A stretch of DNA of 64,000 nucleotides from an uncultured Gemmatimonadaceae bacterium (GCA_963822945.1 CAWGJO010000026.1:32001-96000); one strand, 5' to 3'. Counted from the stretch's first letter, positions 18,364 to 29,266 are shown. Made by a program: numbers and translations. The notes: generated from the letters alone by a model not told the origin.

Positions 18364-20425
18364 TCACTCCCCGGGCCGCAAATGCTCGCCGAAGAACTGG
18401 TCCACCCTCCGCCAGGCGTCCTCGAGCACGAACGCCCGGTCGAAGTAGTGAAATTCTCCCGGGTACATCATGAATTGCACCAGGTGGCTCTTGCCCGCCT
18501 TGAGGATCGAGTCGAGCAGCAGCGTCGTTTCCCAGAAGGGCACGTTCACGTCGGCGGTGCCGGCAAGGACGAGCAACGGGTCCTGCATCTGCCCCACGCG
18601 GGTGGTCACCGCCGAGCGGGCGTAAATCTCGGGGTTCTGTTGCGGCGTGCCCATGCGCGCCTGCATCCAGCCCGAGTGGTACGGGTCCAGGTAGTAGTAA
18701 CCGGGATTCACCAGCCCCGCGACGTCCACGGCGCAGGCGAACAGCTTGGGCTGGCGCGTGATGGCGGTGAGGGTGAAGAACCCGCCGTAGCTCAGCCCCC
18801 AGACGCCCACGCGATTCGGATCCACGTAGGGCAGGGTCTTCAGATACGCGCCGGCCAGCCGAGCGTCGGTCGCGTCCTGGCCGCCGACGTCGTGGTAGAC
18901 GGCCTCGCGCCAGTCGCGGCTGTAGCCGATGCTGCCGCGGTAGTCGGGCGCGATGACGATATAGCCCTCCTGGAGCAAATACTGATGGAAGGCGTAGTAG
19001 ACGCCTTCTCGCCGATCGACGTGCCAGCCGTCGTAGTTCTGGTTCACGCCGTCGGGATGGATCCAGACGATCGCGGGGTGCTTGCGCGATTTGTCGAGGT
19101 GATGGCGGGACGAAGAGCCAGGCGGGCACGGACCTGCCGTCGGCGCCGCGATAATGGATCAGCTTGGGCGCCACGAAGTCGTAGCCCGCGATGCTGGCCG
19201 GCATGGAGTGGGTCAGGCGCAGCGGCGTGCCGCCGCTGGAGGCGACTACGTAAATGTCGGGCGACTCTTGCGCGTCGGTGTGCTGGTAGGCGATGCGGGC
19301 ATCGTCCGGCGACCAGACGGCGTCGATGTTGGTGCCGTTGCCGTGGGTGAGCCAGGTGACGGTAGCGTGCTCGGGTGAACCGTGCAGGTCAACGACTCCG
19401 ACCTGACGGTCGCCGGGGCGGCCGGGCTCGTTGGCATCGAAGGCGATGCGGTCGCCCTTATGCGACCACACCGGCCGCCAGGAATCGAACGCGCCGCGCG
19501 TCACCTGCACGGCGGGCCCCCCGTCGGCGGGCATGACGTACAACTGATCCCAGCCGCTGGTGTCGCTGGCAAAGAGAATCCATTTGCCGTCGGGCGAGAC
19601 CTGGGGCGTGGCGCCGCGGTCGATCATGCTCCAGAACTTGTCCTCATGGTCCACGTGCACGGCGCGCGCCGGGCCGCCGTTGGCGTCGAGAAAGTAAATG
19701 GTGCGGCTCTTGTAGTCGTCGGCCACATGGCTGAGCACGAGCGTGGTGGCGTTCACCCAGCTCGGCGCGCCGTACCCCCCGCTCGGCCCCTGGACCGCCA
19801 CCGGGGCGCCGCCGTCAACCGCGGCGACGTAGAGCTTGCCGGACACGAACTCGGGGCGGGCGAAGATCAGCTTGTCGCCGACCTCCGGAAAGATGGTGTC
19901 GTGCGGCACGGAATGCGCGCCTACGGTATACGCGATGCGGTTACCGTCGGGCGACCATCGCAGGCCGCCGATGTTCTCGGCAGCGCTCGCGACGCCGCGT
20001 CCCGCGCCGCCGTCGCGCGGCGTGACGACGAGTTCGAAACCGCCGTCCCGGTGCTCGACACGGGCAAGCAAGCGGCCGTCGGGTGAGGGCGCGGCTCCGC
20101 CGGCACGGCCGCCGCCCGACTCACCGGCCTGCGCGCCGGGCACCGGTGTGGGCGTCCCCGGATTTTCGGCGCTGACGCGGTACCGGCCGTAGACGCCGCC
20201 GGAATCCCAGGTGAACGTCAGACTCTGGCCGTCGGGCGACCAACGCCAGGCGGATGGGTATTTGATGCCGACGACGGCGGGAATGGTCAGGCGCTGCGCG
20301 CCCGCGGGCACCGCGAACAAGAGGAACAGGAACAGCCAGGACTTGTGCGGGAGTCGAGCGGACGCGGGCAAGGCGATCTTCATGTTGCACTCGGGACGGT
20401 GGGCGCGGCGGGACGGTTTCGACAT
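18364..20425 (-). CDS. Secreted S9 peptidase with TolB/PD40 propeller (one frameshift near 19105)
   Basis: WSPDG repeats, DYRGS.GY, GLSYGG nucleophile, GTAD and GEFH triad; GAGGAG RBS before 20425. Confidence 0.88.
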
Positions 20426-20673
20426 CGGGGACTCCTCTTCGTCAGCGGCAAACTTCCGCCCCAAGAGGCCGCCTGTCCAGATCGCTTGCGCGCTCGGAAA
20501 ACCGAGCCCACTTCTGAGCGCGTCCGTCGCGCGTATACTTGTCACGCCGCCGCGCTCAGCGGGCCGCCGGCCCGCGGGCGACGATTCCCGATCAAGGAGA
20601 GTACACGTGACCGTGAAGATCGAGGTGTCGCCGGACAACGAACACTGGACAACCACGTTGGACGGCACCGGGG

Positions 20674-21438
20674 TCAAGCAGTCGGAGTAGCGCCTCCTCC
20701 GGTGACCGGCCCTCGATCGTCGTCCGCCGGCATTTCACGCGGGTCGGCAACGTGCTCGGCCTTCAGCGTGGCGATCGCCCGGCGGAGCTGCGGCGCAACG
20801 CGGGAGTCGGGATAGCGATCGACGAGCCGGCGCAATTCGACGAGCGCGCGGGCCGGCGTGCCCAGCGGGCCGAGATAGAGGTCGGCCAGGCGGTTGCCGA
20901 CATACAACTCCTGGCCGGAGGGGAGTCCCGAGATCCGCTGGGTCTCGCGCAGCAGCTCCGCGGCGCGCTGCGGATCGCGCGCCGGCCCGGCGTACAACTC
21001 GGCGGCACGGATGCGCGCTGACGCGTTGGCCGGGTCGGCGGCGATGCGTGCTTCATAGAGCGCGAGCGCCTCGGGTAGACGACGCTGCATCACGAGCGCC
21101 TCCTCCCGCGAGAACTGTTCCTCGTATGGCGTACTGTCGCCGGTGGGAAGCAGATAGAGCTTTGCCACGCCCGCGACCGGCTCGATCAGCAGCATGGCGA
21201 GCGCGAAGAGCAAGGCCCAGGTGAGGACGAACGCCACCGGTACGGCGATGATTCCGGGGATGGCCGCCGGTGTGTGATACAGCACTACCGGAACGATGAT
21301 CAGCGAGCCGAACCCGGTCCACCCGGCCGCCTTGTAGACGTGGGCGGTATTCGGACCCAAGCGGTCGCCCAGAGTCCGCCGGTAAGGGCGCGGCTGCGGA
21401 GGTGGCGAGTGACGAGGCATGCGGTCTGCTCCGGGCAC
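20674..21438 (-). CDS. Membrane-anchored TPR-like protein
   Basis: Two N-terminal TM segments, then TPR-like helices (ALALYE, LADLY, LVDRYPDS). Confidence 0.7.
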   Translation of the reverse strand: MPGADRMPRHSPPPQPRPYRRTLGDRLGPNTAHVYKAAGWTGFGSLIIVPVVLYHTPAAIPGIIAVPVAFVLTWALLFALAMLLIEPVAGVAKLYLLPTGDSTPYEEQFSREEALVMQRRLPEALALYEARIAADPANASARIRAAELYAGPARDPQRAAELLRETQRISGLPSGQELYVGNRLADLYLGPLGTPARALVELRRLVDRYPDSRVAPQLRRAIATLKAEHVADPREMPADDDRGPVTGGGATPTA

Positions 21439-21507
21439 GATGGAGACGCTCTCAAGGTACGTCGCCGGCCAGGAGGCGTCCGCCTCGTTGCCCAGGTTAG
21501 TGCCAAC

Positions 21508-22422
21508 TCACAGGATCAGTCCCGACGCCCAGAGCGCGAACCCGTTCGCCGAGATCCCTGCGGGCACATTCACCCGGGGAATCGAAAATGACTTCTCGAT
21601 CTGCGCGGGCACCCAGCCGCCCTCGATCGCGAATGCGGCTTCGTAGCCCGCCGCGGCCGCACCGCGGATCACGCGGGCATCGTGGCGGCCGTACGGATAC
21701 GCGAGCAGCGGCACGGTGCATTTCGGGAATCGCTCGCGCAACCAGGCCAGCGGCTTGGTCAACTCCTCCGTCAGCCGATCGTTGTCCACCTCGACGAGAT
21801 TCGGGTGGCTCCAGCTATGAGCGCCCAGGGCCACCTTTCCACTCCGCGTGGCCGACTCGAGGTCGGCGACCCCCGCGGCCCGGGCTTCGGGGGCAGCCGC
21901 CCAGACGGGGGCATGCTGCGAGGCCGCCCACGCCCGGATGGCCTTGTCATCGCCGGCGAACGCGTCGAGTCCTGCGGCCCGTATCTCGGGATCCAGCCCG
22001 TGTGTCGGCGAGGAGAGCTCGTCCCACCAGAACGCGCCACCTTCGAGAAACTCGGGGGTCACGAACACGGTGGCCGGCAGACGCCGCCGCGCCAACTCGG
22101 CAAGCCCGAGCGAGACGGCGCCGCGGTAGGCGTCGTCGAACGTGATCGCCGCCCGGGGGCGCTTGTGGTCGGTCGACGCCGAATGGAGCAGCTGCCGCAC
22201 CGGCACGATGTCGTGCGTGGCCTGGAGGATGTCGAGTTGTGCGCGAAAATCGCTGATCGGCAGGTGCAGTGATCGATCGCCGGCGCCGCTCCATCCATCC
22301 GGCACCACGTCGTGGTACGCGAAGATCACCCCGCGCTGCCGAAACGCGCGGCGGAGCAATGGGGCCAGGGTGACCCGGAGCCCGAACTCGGCGGTGTGCT
22401 TGGCGGTGTCCCGAAGCGACAT
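21508..22422 (-). CDS. Polysaccharide deacetylase (NodB/CE4)
   Basis: AYHDV, ITFDDAY, HSWSH and LAYPYG motifs. Confidence 0.9.
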   Translation of the reverse strand: MSLRDTAKHTAEFGLRVTLAPLLRRAFRQRGVIFAYHDVVPDGWSGAGDRSLHLPISDFRAQLDILQATHDIVPVRQLLHSASTDHKRPRAAITFDDAYRGAVSLGLAELARRRLPATVFVTPEFLEGGAFWWDELSSPTHGLDPEIRAAGLDAFAGDDKAIRAWAASQHAPVWAAAPEARAAGVADLESATRSGKVALGAHSWSHPNLVEVDNDRLTEELTKPLAWLRERFPKCTVPLLAYPYGRHDARVIRGAAAAGYEAAFAIEGGWVPAQIEKSFSIPRVNVPAGISANGFALWASGLIL

Positions 22423-22526
22423 TCTCTCTCCCCGATGTACGACTGCGCGCCGGCGGCCGTGGTCGACGGGAGTTTGGGGGGCAGGGCGTGTTTGAGCAAG
22501 GGCAGCGGGCGGTACGTCGTGGGCGC

Positions 22527-22556
22527 TTGACTCGGCTCCCGCGCCGAGCGTACCCT
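22527..22556 (+). promoter_or_regulatory. Candidate sigma-70 promoter for the Uma2 gene
   Basis: TTGACT-N18-TACCCT. Confidence 0.45.
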
Positions 22557-22687
22557 CGGCAAAGGTGCCGGCCGGATTCCGCAGCCCCCGGATGATGCCG
22601 GGGAGGTTCCGGTGCCGTGCCCGGCGGACGCATCCGGTATCCTCGTCCCATGCGTACGCGTCGCCGAATCACGAGGAGGGGTGAGCG

Positions 22688-23230
22688 ATGCCCATGGCCC
22701 AGAGCACCACGCAGTGGACGTTGGATCGATTGCACAGCCTTCCCGACGACGGCAACAAGTACGAACTCGTTCACGGGGAGCTGTTCGTGACACCGGCTCC
22801 CGCGCCGCTTCACGAGACGATCGCCGCGCGCCTCACACGGCTGCTGGACCCGTACGTTGCCGCGCACGGGTTGGGCTACGTGTATCGCCCGCGCGCGGTG
22901 TTCCGGCGGCACGGTTCGGAGGTCGAACCGGACATGATGGTGAGCCGGCCCATCGACACCGACCGGGGATGGGACGTCGCGCCAACGCCGATCCTCATCG
23001 TCGAGATCCTCTCGCCGACCACCCGCCGCCGGGACCATCAGCACAAGCGGGCGTTCTACATGGAAGAGGCGGTCGGGGAATACTGGATCGTGGATCCGGA
23101 ACGCCGCACGATCCTCGTCGCGCGACCGGGGCGCCCCGACGTCGTGGCCGAGGACGCGCTCACCTGGGCACCCGTGGGTGCGGTGGAGCCGCTGGCGATC
23201 CGCCTGGGCGAGGTGTTCGGAACGCCATAG
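22688..23230 (+). CDS. Uma2-family putative endonuclease
   Basis: YELVHGELFVTPAP...H, EPD, VEILSP and EYWIVDP. Confidence 0.9.
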   Translation: MPMAQSTTQWTLDRLHSLPDDGNKYELVHGELFVTPAPAPLHETIAARLTRLLDPYVAAHGLGYVYRPRAVFRRHGSEVEPDMMVSRPIDTDRGWDVAPTPILIVEILSPTTRRRDHQHKRAFYMEEAVGEYWIVDPERRTILVARPGRPDVVAEDALTWAPVGAVEPLAIRLGEVFGTP

Positions 23231-23432
23231 GGTCCGGCGATACGTCGTGCGCGTCTCCGGCCCGGCGGGACGGCCGCCGACTGATGCGCCGCCTCACGCA
23301 TTGACCCCCCGTGGTCCCGCGGCCATGTTCGCCCCGTTGCGCGCGGCCGGGTCCCCCAACCGCCGTCGTACGTCCCGCCGACGGGCACGCACACGGAGCC
23401 GCCCACTGCTTCCATCCTCTTCGGGACCGACC

Positions 23433-24977
23433 ATGAAATCCACCACGCTCGCCATCGGCACGATGGCCGCCCTCGTTCTCGCGGGGGCCGCCCCCGCCAC
23501 TGCCGGCGCCCAACAGCGCGGCCGCGGCCGCGGCGGAAATCCGGCAATGTCCACCATGACCGCCGCACCCGGGGCGGAATCGGGCGGCGGCTTCCCGCAA
23601 ATGCCCGCCGTCGACAGCGTGGTGGTCACCCACCACTCGGCGACCATCGGCGGACAGAAGATCGACTACACCGCGACCACCGGTACCTACGTCGTGCGTG
23701 ACGACGCCGGGCGGCCCAAGGCCAGTTTCTTCTTCGTCGCCTATACCAAGGACGGCGTCACGAACATCGCCGATCGGCCGGTCACGTTCGTGTACAACGG
23801 CGGCCCGGGCTCGGCGTCGCTGTTCACGCACATGGGGATGGGGCCCAAGGAGGTGGTGCTCACCGCCGACGGACACGGCATGCCGGCGCCCTATCGCATC
23901 AGGGACAATCAGGACTCGTTCCTGGACGCCACGGATCTCGTGTTCATCGATGCCGTGTCCACGGGCTACAGCCGCCCGGCGCCGGGGCAGAACCCGTCGC
24001 AGTTCTACGGGGTGACCCAGGACGCGACCATCTTCTCCGACTACATCTACCAGTACATCACCCGCAACGGCCGGTGGGATTCGCCCAAGTTCCTGCTCGG
24101 GGAGAGCTACGGCACCACGCGCTCGGCGGAGCTGGCCGGCGTGCTGCAGCACCGGCACCAGATCTACCTGAACGGAGTGATGCTGCTCTCCACGATGGCG
24201 TTCGCACCCTGGGGCGCGGACGACCGCACGGAGTTCTTCCTCCCCACCTTCGTGACCTCGGCCTGGTACCACCACCTGCTCGCGCCGGATCTGCAGAACG
24301 AATCCCTGGATCAGATCGCGCAGACGGCGCGCACCTTCGCGCACGGCGAGTACGCGCAGGCGCTGGAGAAGGGGGACGAGTTGCCGGCCGCCGAGAAGGA
24401 GAAGGTGGTGAGTGACATGTCGCGTCTCACCGGCCTCTCCAAGGAGTACATCGAGGAGGCCGACCTGCGGGTGAGTCCGCAGCGGTGGTTCGCCCAGCTC
24501 ATGCGCAACAAGCGGTTGATCGTGGGGCGGCTGGACTCGCGGTTCACCGGCATGAATCGCGACGCGGCGGCCGAGCGCGCCGAGTACGACCCAAGCGAGG
24601 CGAGCTACGAGGGGGCATTCACGGCGACCTTCATGGACTATGTACGTCGCGACCTGGGCTGGACCAGCGATGCCTTCTACGCGGTGAGCGGCAACGTCCG
24701 CCCGTGGGACATGTCGGCGCTCACCAACGTGGCCGAGACGTTGCGCTCGGCGATGACCGAGCAGGGCTCGCTCCGGCTGCTGGTGCTGTGCGGCTACTAC
24801 GACCTGGCGACGCCGTTCAACGGCATCGAGGAGACGGTCTCGCACATGCAGCTCGAACCGTCGGTGCGCAAGCACGTGAGCTTCGACTACTACGCGTCGG
24901 GGCACATGGTCTATATCGACCAGAAGGAGCACGACAAGCTGCACCACGACGTGGACGCGTTCATCAACGCCAGGTAG
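23433..24977 (+). CDS. Secreted S10 serine carboxypeptidase
   Basis: Signal peptide; NGGPGS, DLVFID, GESYG, DLATP and GHM. Confidence 0.92.
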   Translation: MKSTTLAIGTMAALVLAGAAPATAGAQQRGRGRGGNPAMSTMTAAPGAESGGGFPQMPAVDSVVVTHHSATIGGQKIDYTATTGTYVVRDDAGRPKASFFFVAYTKDGVTNIADRPVTFVYNGGPGSASLFTHMGMGPKEVVLTADGHGMPAPYRIRDNQDSFLDATDLVFIDAVSTGYSRPAPGQNPSQFYGVTQDATIFSDYIYQYITRNGRWDSPKFLLGESYGTTRSAELAGVLQHRHQIYLNGVMLLSTMAFAPWGADDRTEFFLPTFVTSAWYHHLLAPDLQNESLDQIAQTARTFAHGEYAQALEKGDELPAAEKEKVVSDMSRLTGLSKEYIEEADLRVSPQRWFAQLMRNKRLIVGRLDSRFTGMNRDAAAERAEYDPSEASYEGAFTATFMDYVRRDLGWTSDAFYAVSGNVRPWDMSALTNVAETLRSAMTEQGSLRLLVLCGYYDLATPFNGIEETVSHMQLEPSVRKHVSFDYYASGHMVYIDQKEHDKLHHDVDAFINAR

Positions 24978-25218
24978 ACCACGGACGGTGGGATCCGAAC
25001 GAGTGGGCCCGGGGGCGGATGACCGCTCCCCGGGCCCTTCGGATATCGTGACGTGCCGTCAAAGCGGGCGGGTCGTTGACCAGTGGCTCGTGCGGCGGGC
25101 GACGGCCCATCCCAGAGGATCCGTGGCGCTCGATGTTAGCTTTGTCGGCTGGGGCGACGGGCGAGCCTTTCGTGTCGGCCCCGCGTGCCCCCCACAGCAA
25201 CCGACAACGGAGGCTCAC

Positions 25219-25953
25219 TTGTTCCGAAATCGTTTCGCGATCATGCTCGGCGAGGCCGCCGCGCTGGCCCTCGTCGCGGCCGCCGCCGGCGCGCAGACCG
25301 CCAAACCCACCACTTCGTTCACCGGCGACCTGGGCTACGTGGGCGCGTCGGGGAACACGAGACTCACCACGCTCAGCATCGGTGACAAGATCGTCCACAC
25401 CCGCGGCGTCTGGACGCTCACGCAGACGGCGGCCTATGTGTACGGCAAGACCAACGGCACCGAAAGCGCCAACCAGTTCGGCGTGTCCGGGCGCGCCGAC
25501 TGGGCGTTCCAACCGCGCCTCGGCCTGTTTGCCGCCGCGTCGTACGAGCGCAATCCGTTCGCCGGCTTCAAGCGGCGCACCGACGAGCTGATCGGTCTGC
25601 GCTGGAAGGCGGTGGTGGCGCCGCGCGATTCGCTGAGCGTGGACGCCGGCGCCGAGTTCACGCAGCAGACGGACGTGTCGGGACTCAACGACAGCTATCC
25701 GGCCGCGCGCGCCGCCGCGGCCTACAAGCACGTATTCAGCAAGCTCGCCTACTTCCAGCAACTGGCCGAGTACATCCCCAACCTGCAGTCCGGCGGCGGC
25801 TACCGCGTGAACACGGAGTCGTCACTCGTGGCGCCCATCTCGACGCACATCGGGATCAAGATGAGCTACGCCATCAAGTACAACAGCCAGCCGCCGGTGA
25901 ACTTCGGCACGACCGACCGGCTGTTGACCGCGGGCATACAGGTCTCCTACTAG
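25219..25953 (+). CDS. DUF481/YdiY-like outer-membrane beta-barrel protein
   Basis: GGAGG RBS and TTG start, signal peptide, LGYVGASGNT, amphipathic strands, terminal aromatic residue. Confidence 0.8.
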   Translation: MFRNRFAIMLGEAAALALVAAAAGAQTAKPTTSFTGDLGYVGASGNTRLTTLSIGDKIVHTRGVWTLTQTAAYVYGKTNGTESANQFGVSGRADWAFQPRLGLFAAASYERNPFAGFKRRTDELIGLRWKAVVAPRDSLSVDAGAEFTQQTDVSGLNDSYPAARAAAAYKHVFSKLAYFQQLAEYIPNLQSGGGYRVNTESSLVAPISTHIGIKMSYAIKYNSQPPVNFGTTDRLLTAGIQVSY

Positions 25954-25963
25954 CGCTCGCCAG

Positions 25964-27697
25964 CTAGCCGCCCCCGCCTCCGCCGCCGCGGCCCTTCCTG
26001 GGCTTCGGCGGCGAGGCTTTGGTAGTCGAACCCTTTGCCGGCTTCGCGGTGCGGCTGGGCGGCGCCTTGGTCGGTGGCTGCGCCTCACGCACCTTCTTCA
26101 TCTGATCGGGGTTCAGCGGGCGGCCGGGGTTCGCCTTCATCACCTTGGCGCGCTCGTTGAACGGCGGCGTGGGCGGTGGGGGCGGCCGCTTGGTGATGAT
26201 CGGCTGCGCCCCGCCCGTGCGCGGTTGCGCTGTACGGCCTGCCGGCGGCGCTTCGGGGCGCGGCCGCGCCACGGGCGGTGGCTCGGCGCCACGCCTCGGC
26301 TCCGCGGTCCGCGGCGGCGTCACGTGGATCATCGGCGGACGCCGGCCCGCGGGCGGCCGGGCCACAGGCGCTCCGCCCGCCGCGGCCCGGCCCGTAGGCA
26401 TGACCGGCGGATGCGACTGGACGCGTCCCCGCTCACCGCTGCGCACCTGCACCACGGCGCCGTCCACTCGATGTCCCTCGCGGAAGACCGAGACGGGGAC
26501 GGCCGTGATGCCGTTCACGCGATGCGCGTACCGGATGCGCGACATGTCGGTAACGCGCACGAAGCGGTCGATGTCGTGCACGCCGCGCACGTTGGCCGCG
26601 TTCACGCGCCGCAGGTAGCGCGGCCCGTAGTGGTACCACGGGATGAACGGGTCCCGCGGTCCCAGGGGGAACCAGGCCTGGACGCCGGCGCGGAATCCTC
26701 CATCGCCCACGAACACCACCAGCGCGGGAGAGTAGACCGGGCGCACCATGGGCCCCGGCACCCATGCCCAGGCGCCGCCCAGCAGCGCCCAGCGTCCGTA
26801 GTGGTAGGGCGCGAAGCCCCACGGCTCGCCGGCCACCCACACCCAGCCCCATGGCTCGATCCACACCCAGTGGCCCATGCGGTACGGTGCCCACCCCGGA
26901 ATTCCCGGCGGCGGATACCACACGAATCCATACTGGGCGGTATTGGCCCAGTGCCCGTAGTGGTGCAGATCGGCGCAGCCGGGAATCTCGCTGCTCATGT
27001 ACTGGCCGCAGTCCGCCGAGGCGTACCGAGCATCGCGGTCGGCGCTCCACGCGTCGAACGACGTGAACAGCGGTGGCGGCGCCACGGTCAGGTCCACGGG
27101 CTCGAAGCCGGTGAGACGCACGGTCTGGTGGCCGCGCACCGTCTGTCCGAGGCCCGGCCCTTCGACGTCCACGGCGCCGTCGTCCACGCTGATCAGCGTA
27201 TAGGCCGCGTTCTCCGGAATCTCGACGCGGTAGTGCCCCGGGTCGCGAATGGTGACGGCGCCGTTGGGCGTGTCGATCTCGATGGTGTCACCGAAGTCCA
27301 GGCGACTGACCGTCAAGCGCAGCGTGCCACGCGCGAGTCCCAACTGGGCCAGCTGGTCGGTGAGATTGGTGATCGTGAGATCGGTGGCGTCACCGATGCG
27401 TGCGGTAAACGCGCCCGCTTCCAACTCGGCGCGCGACTGAACATCCGCGTAGATGCGGTCGCCGGCGGTGAGCGAATAGTTGAGTCCCGCCATCGTCCAG
27501 TCGGAATCGCCGGCCGCCTGGAGCGAGACGGCGCCGTCCATGGCGCTCAGGCGCGCCACGCGGCCCGGGGGACCGTCGGGCGCGGCGTACTGCGCCCGGG
27601 CGGCGGGCGCGACGACGGTGAGAAGAACGATGGCGGGGACCAGGGCCCGCCGAAGGAACGGCCGGTCGATCCCGAACGCGCGTGTCTGCTGCGTCAT
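25964..27697 (-). CDS. FecR-like/DUF6600 exported protein with Pro/Arg-rich tail
   Basis: PPGRVARLS, EIDTPN, WAPYRMGHW and PWGFAPYHYGRW motifs. Confidence 0.82.
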   Translation of the reverse strand: MTQQTRAFGIDRPFLRRALVPAIVLLTVVAPAARAQYAAPDGPPGRVARLSAMDGAVSLQAAGDSDWTMAGLNYSLTAGDRIYADVQSRAELEAGAFTARIGDATDLTITNLTDQLAQLGLARGTLRLTVSRLDFGDTIEIDTPNGAVTIRDPGHYRVEIPENAAYTLISVDDGAVDVEGPGLGQTVRGHQTVRLTGFEPVDLTVAPPPLFTSFDAWSADRDARYASADCGQYMSSEIPGCADLHHYGHWANTAQYGFVWYPPPGIPGWAPYRMGHWVWIEPWGWVWVAGEPWGFAPYHYGRWALLGGAWAWVPGPMVRPVYSPALVVFVGDGGFRAGVQAWFPLGPRDPFIPWYHYGPRYLRRVNAANVRGVHDIDRFVRVTDMSRIRYAHRVNGITAVPVSVFREGHRVDGAVVQVRSGERGRVQSHPPVMPTGRAAAGGAPVARPPAGRRPPMIHVTPPRTAEPRRGAEPPPVARPRPEAPPAGRTAQPRTGGAQPIITKRPPPPPTPPFNERAKVMKANPGRPLNPDQMKKVREAQPPTKAPPSRTAKPAKGSTTKASPPKPRKGRGGGGGGG

Positions 27698-27970
27698 ACG
27701 ACGCTCCGCGATGGTCGTTGTGAATCACTAACCGCGAACCCGGCCGGAGTTCCGGCCGGAAACGCGCCACATGTTCCACCATAGCACGGTGCGTCGACCC
27801 GAACAGTCGGAAGAATGGCGGGGGTGCGGAAAGGGGAAGGTGTAACTCGGGATGGGGAGGGCCCGGCGCGTGCGGGGAAATGTCAGGTGGGGGACAGCCG
27901 GCATGCGATTGTCAAGTCGTGATCGCACAAGGTCTTGGGGCCATACTGCAATCTGCAGGCAACGTCCCGA

Positions 27971-27998
27971 TTGATCCATTGCGTTCATGGGCTATACT
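27971..27998 (+). promoter_or_regulatory. Candidate sigma-70 promoter of the lipid operon
   Basis: TTGATC-N16-TATACT in an AT-richer intergenic stretch. Confidence 0.55.
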
Positions 27999-28123
27999 TT
28001 CCGGGCATCACTTCCCGCAGGCGTGATCGGCCGAACCGACCCCACCGACGCGACGTGCGTGCAGGGAGACAAGCTCCGTTCGCCGTCCGCCGCCAATCTG
28101 ATCGGCCCTCCAACCCCGCCGAG

Positions 28124-29266
28124 ATGCGCATCTGCCTGGTTACGCCATACGATCTCTCTCATGACGGCGGCGTCAACCGACATGTCATCACGCTGGCCCA
28201 GGCGCTTCGGCGGTTGGGGCACCACGTGCGGGTGCTGGGCCCGGCGAGCGGCGAGACGCCGCCCCGCTGCGACGGCCTGCCCGGCGTGGTGCCGGTGCGC
28301 GGCAACGGATCGCGGGCCCGCGTGGGGCTCCTGTCGTCCAAGCGTGCGGTCCGTCGCTATCTCGAGAACGGGTGCTTCGACGTGGTGCACGTGCACGAGC
28401 CGTGGGTGCCGGGCCCGGCGCGCTATGCGGTGCAGTGCTCGCAGATTCCGCTGGTGGCGACGTTCCACACGTTCGCCGAGTCGGAGCCGCGGATGGCGTC
28501 GTTCGCGCGGCGCATGCTCGCCCGCCCGCTGCACCGGCTGAGTCTCGGGATCGCGGTGTCGAATCCCGCCGCGGACTACGCGCGCCGCATCTTCGACGGG
28601 CCCATCCGGATCCTGCCCAACGGCATCGATCCGACGGCGTTCGCGGAGCCTCACGCCACGCACGGCGTGGACGGCGCGGGGCCGTGCCCCCGTGCGCCGG
28701 GTCCGCTGCGGCTGCTGTTCGTGGGCCGGTTCGACGAGCCGCGCAAGGGACTGCGGCACCTGCTGGCGGCGGCGGCGCTGCTGCGCGAGCGCGGACGCGA
28801 GTTCGAGCTGCGCGTGGTGGGCCCCGGCGACCCGCTGGCGTTCGGCGATCTGGCCCGCCGGTCGGGCGCCATCTTCATCGGGCGCGTGGACGACCACGAA
28901 CTGGCCGCCATGTACCACTGGTGCGATCTGTTCTGTGCCCCGTCCACGCACGGCGAGAGCTTCGGCGTGGTGCTCATCGAAGCGATGGCCAGCGGGCGGC
29001 CGGTGGTGGCCAGCGACATCCCGGGATACCGCGATGCCACGGCGGGGGCCGCGATCCTGGTGCCGCCCGGCGATCCCGCCGCGCTCGCCGATGCGATCGA
29101 GCGGACGGCCGACGACGAGTGGCTGCGCCACGCCGTGGTGGGGCGCGGGTGGCACCGCGCCCACCAACTGGCATGGAGCCGCGTGGCGCTCTCGCTGAAC
29201 GAACTCTACGAAGACGTGGCGGCGATGCGGGCGCTGGGCCGCGACGCCGTCGGCGTCCCGGCGTGA
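28124..29266 (+). CDS. GT4 glycosyltransferase, PimA-like
   Basis: TPYD...GGV, NGS, DVVHVHEP, ATFHT, GRFDEPRKG and GESFGVVLIEAMA. Confidence 0.9.
   Translation: MRICLVTPYDLSHDGGVNRHVITLAQALRRLGHHVRVLGPASGETPPRCDGLPGVVPVRGNGSRARVGLLSSKRAVRRYLENGCFDVVHVHEPWVPGPARYAVQCSQIPLVATFHTFAESEPRMASFARRMLARPLHRLSLGIAVSNPAADYARRIFDGPIRILPNGIDPTAFAEPHATHGVDGAGPCPRAPGPLRLLFVGRFDEPRKGLRHLLAAAALLRERGREFELRVVGPGDPLAFGDLARRSGAIFIGRVDDHELAAMYHWCDLFCAPSTHGESFGVVLIEAMASGRPVVASDIPGYRDATAGAAILVPPGDPAALADAIERTADDEWLRHAVVGRGWHRAHQLAWSRVALSLNELYEDVAAMRALGRDAVGVPA

Noticed and set aside
22688..23230. Uma2 gene as a defence island
   Set aside because: Solitary gene of a commonly expanded family; no methylase, toxin or other defence genes nearby
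27890..27930. Pho box upstream of the lipid operon
   Set aside because: TGTCA half-sites are not in the 11-bp direct-repeat arrangement
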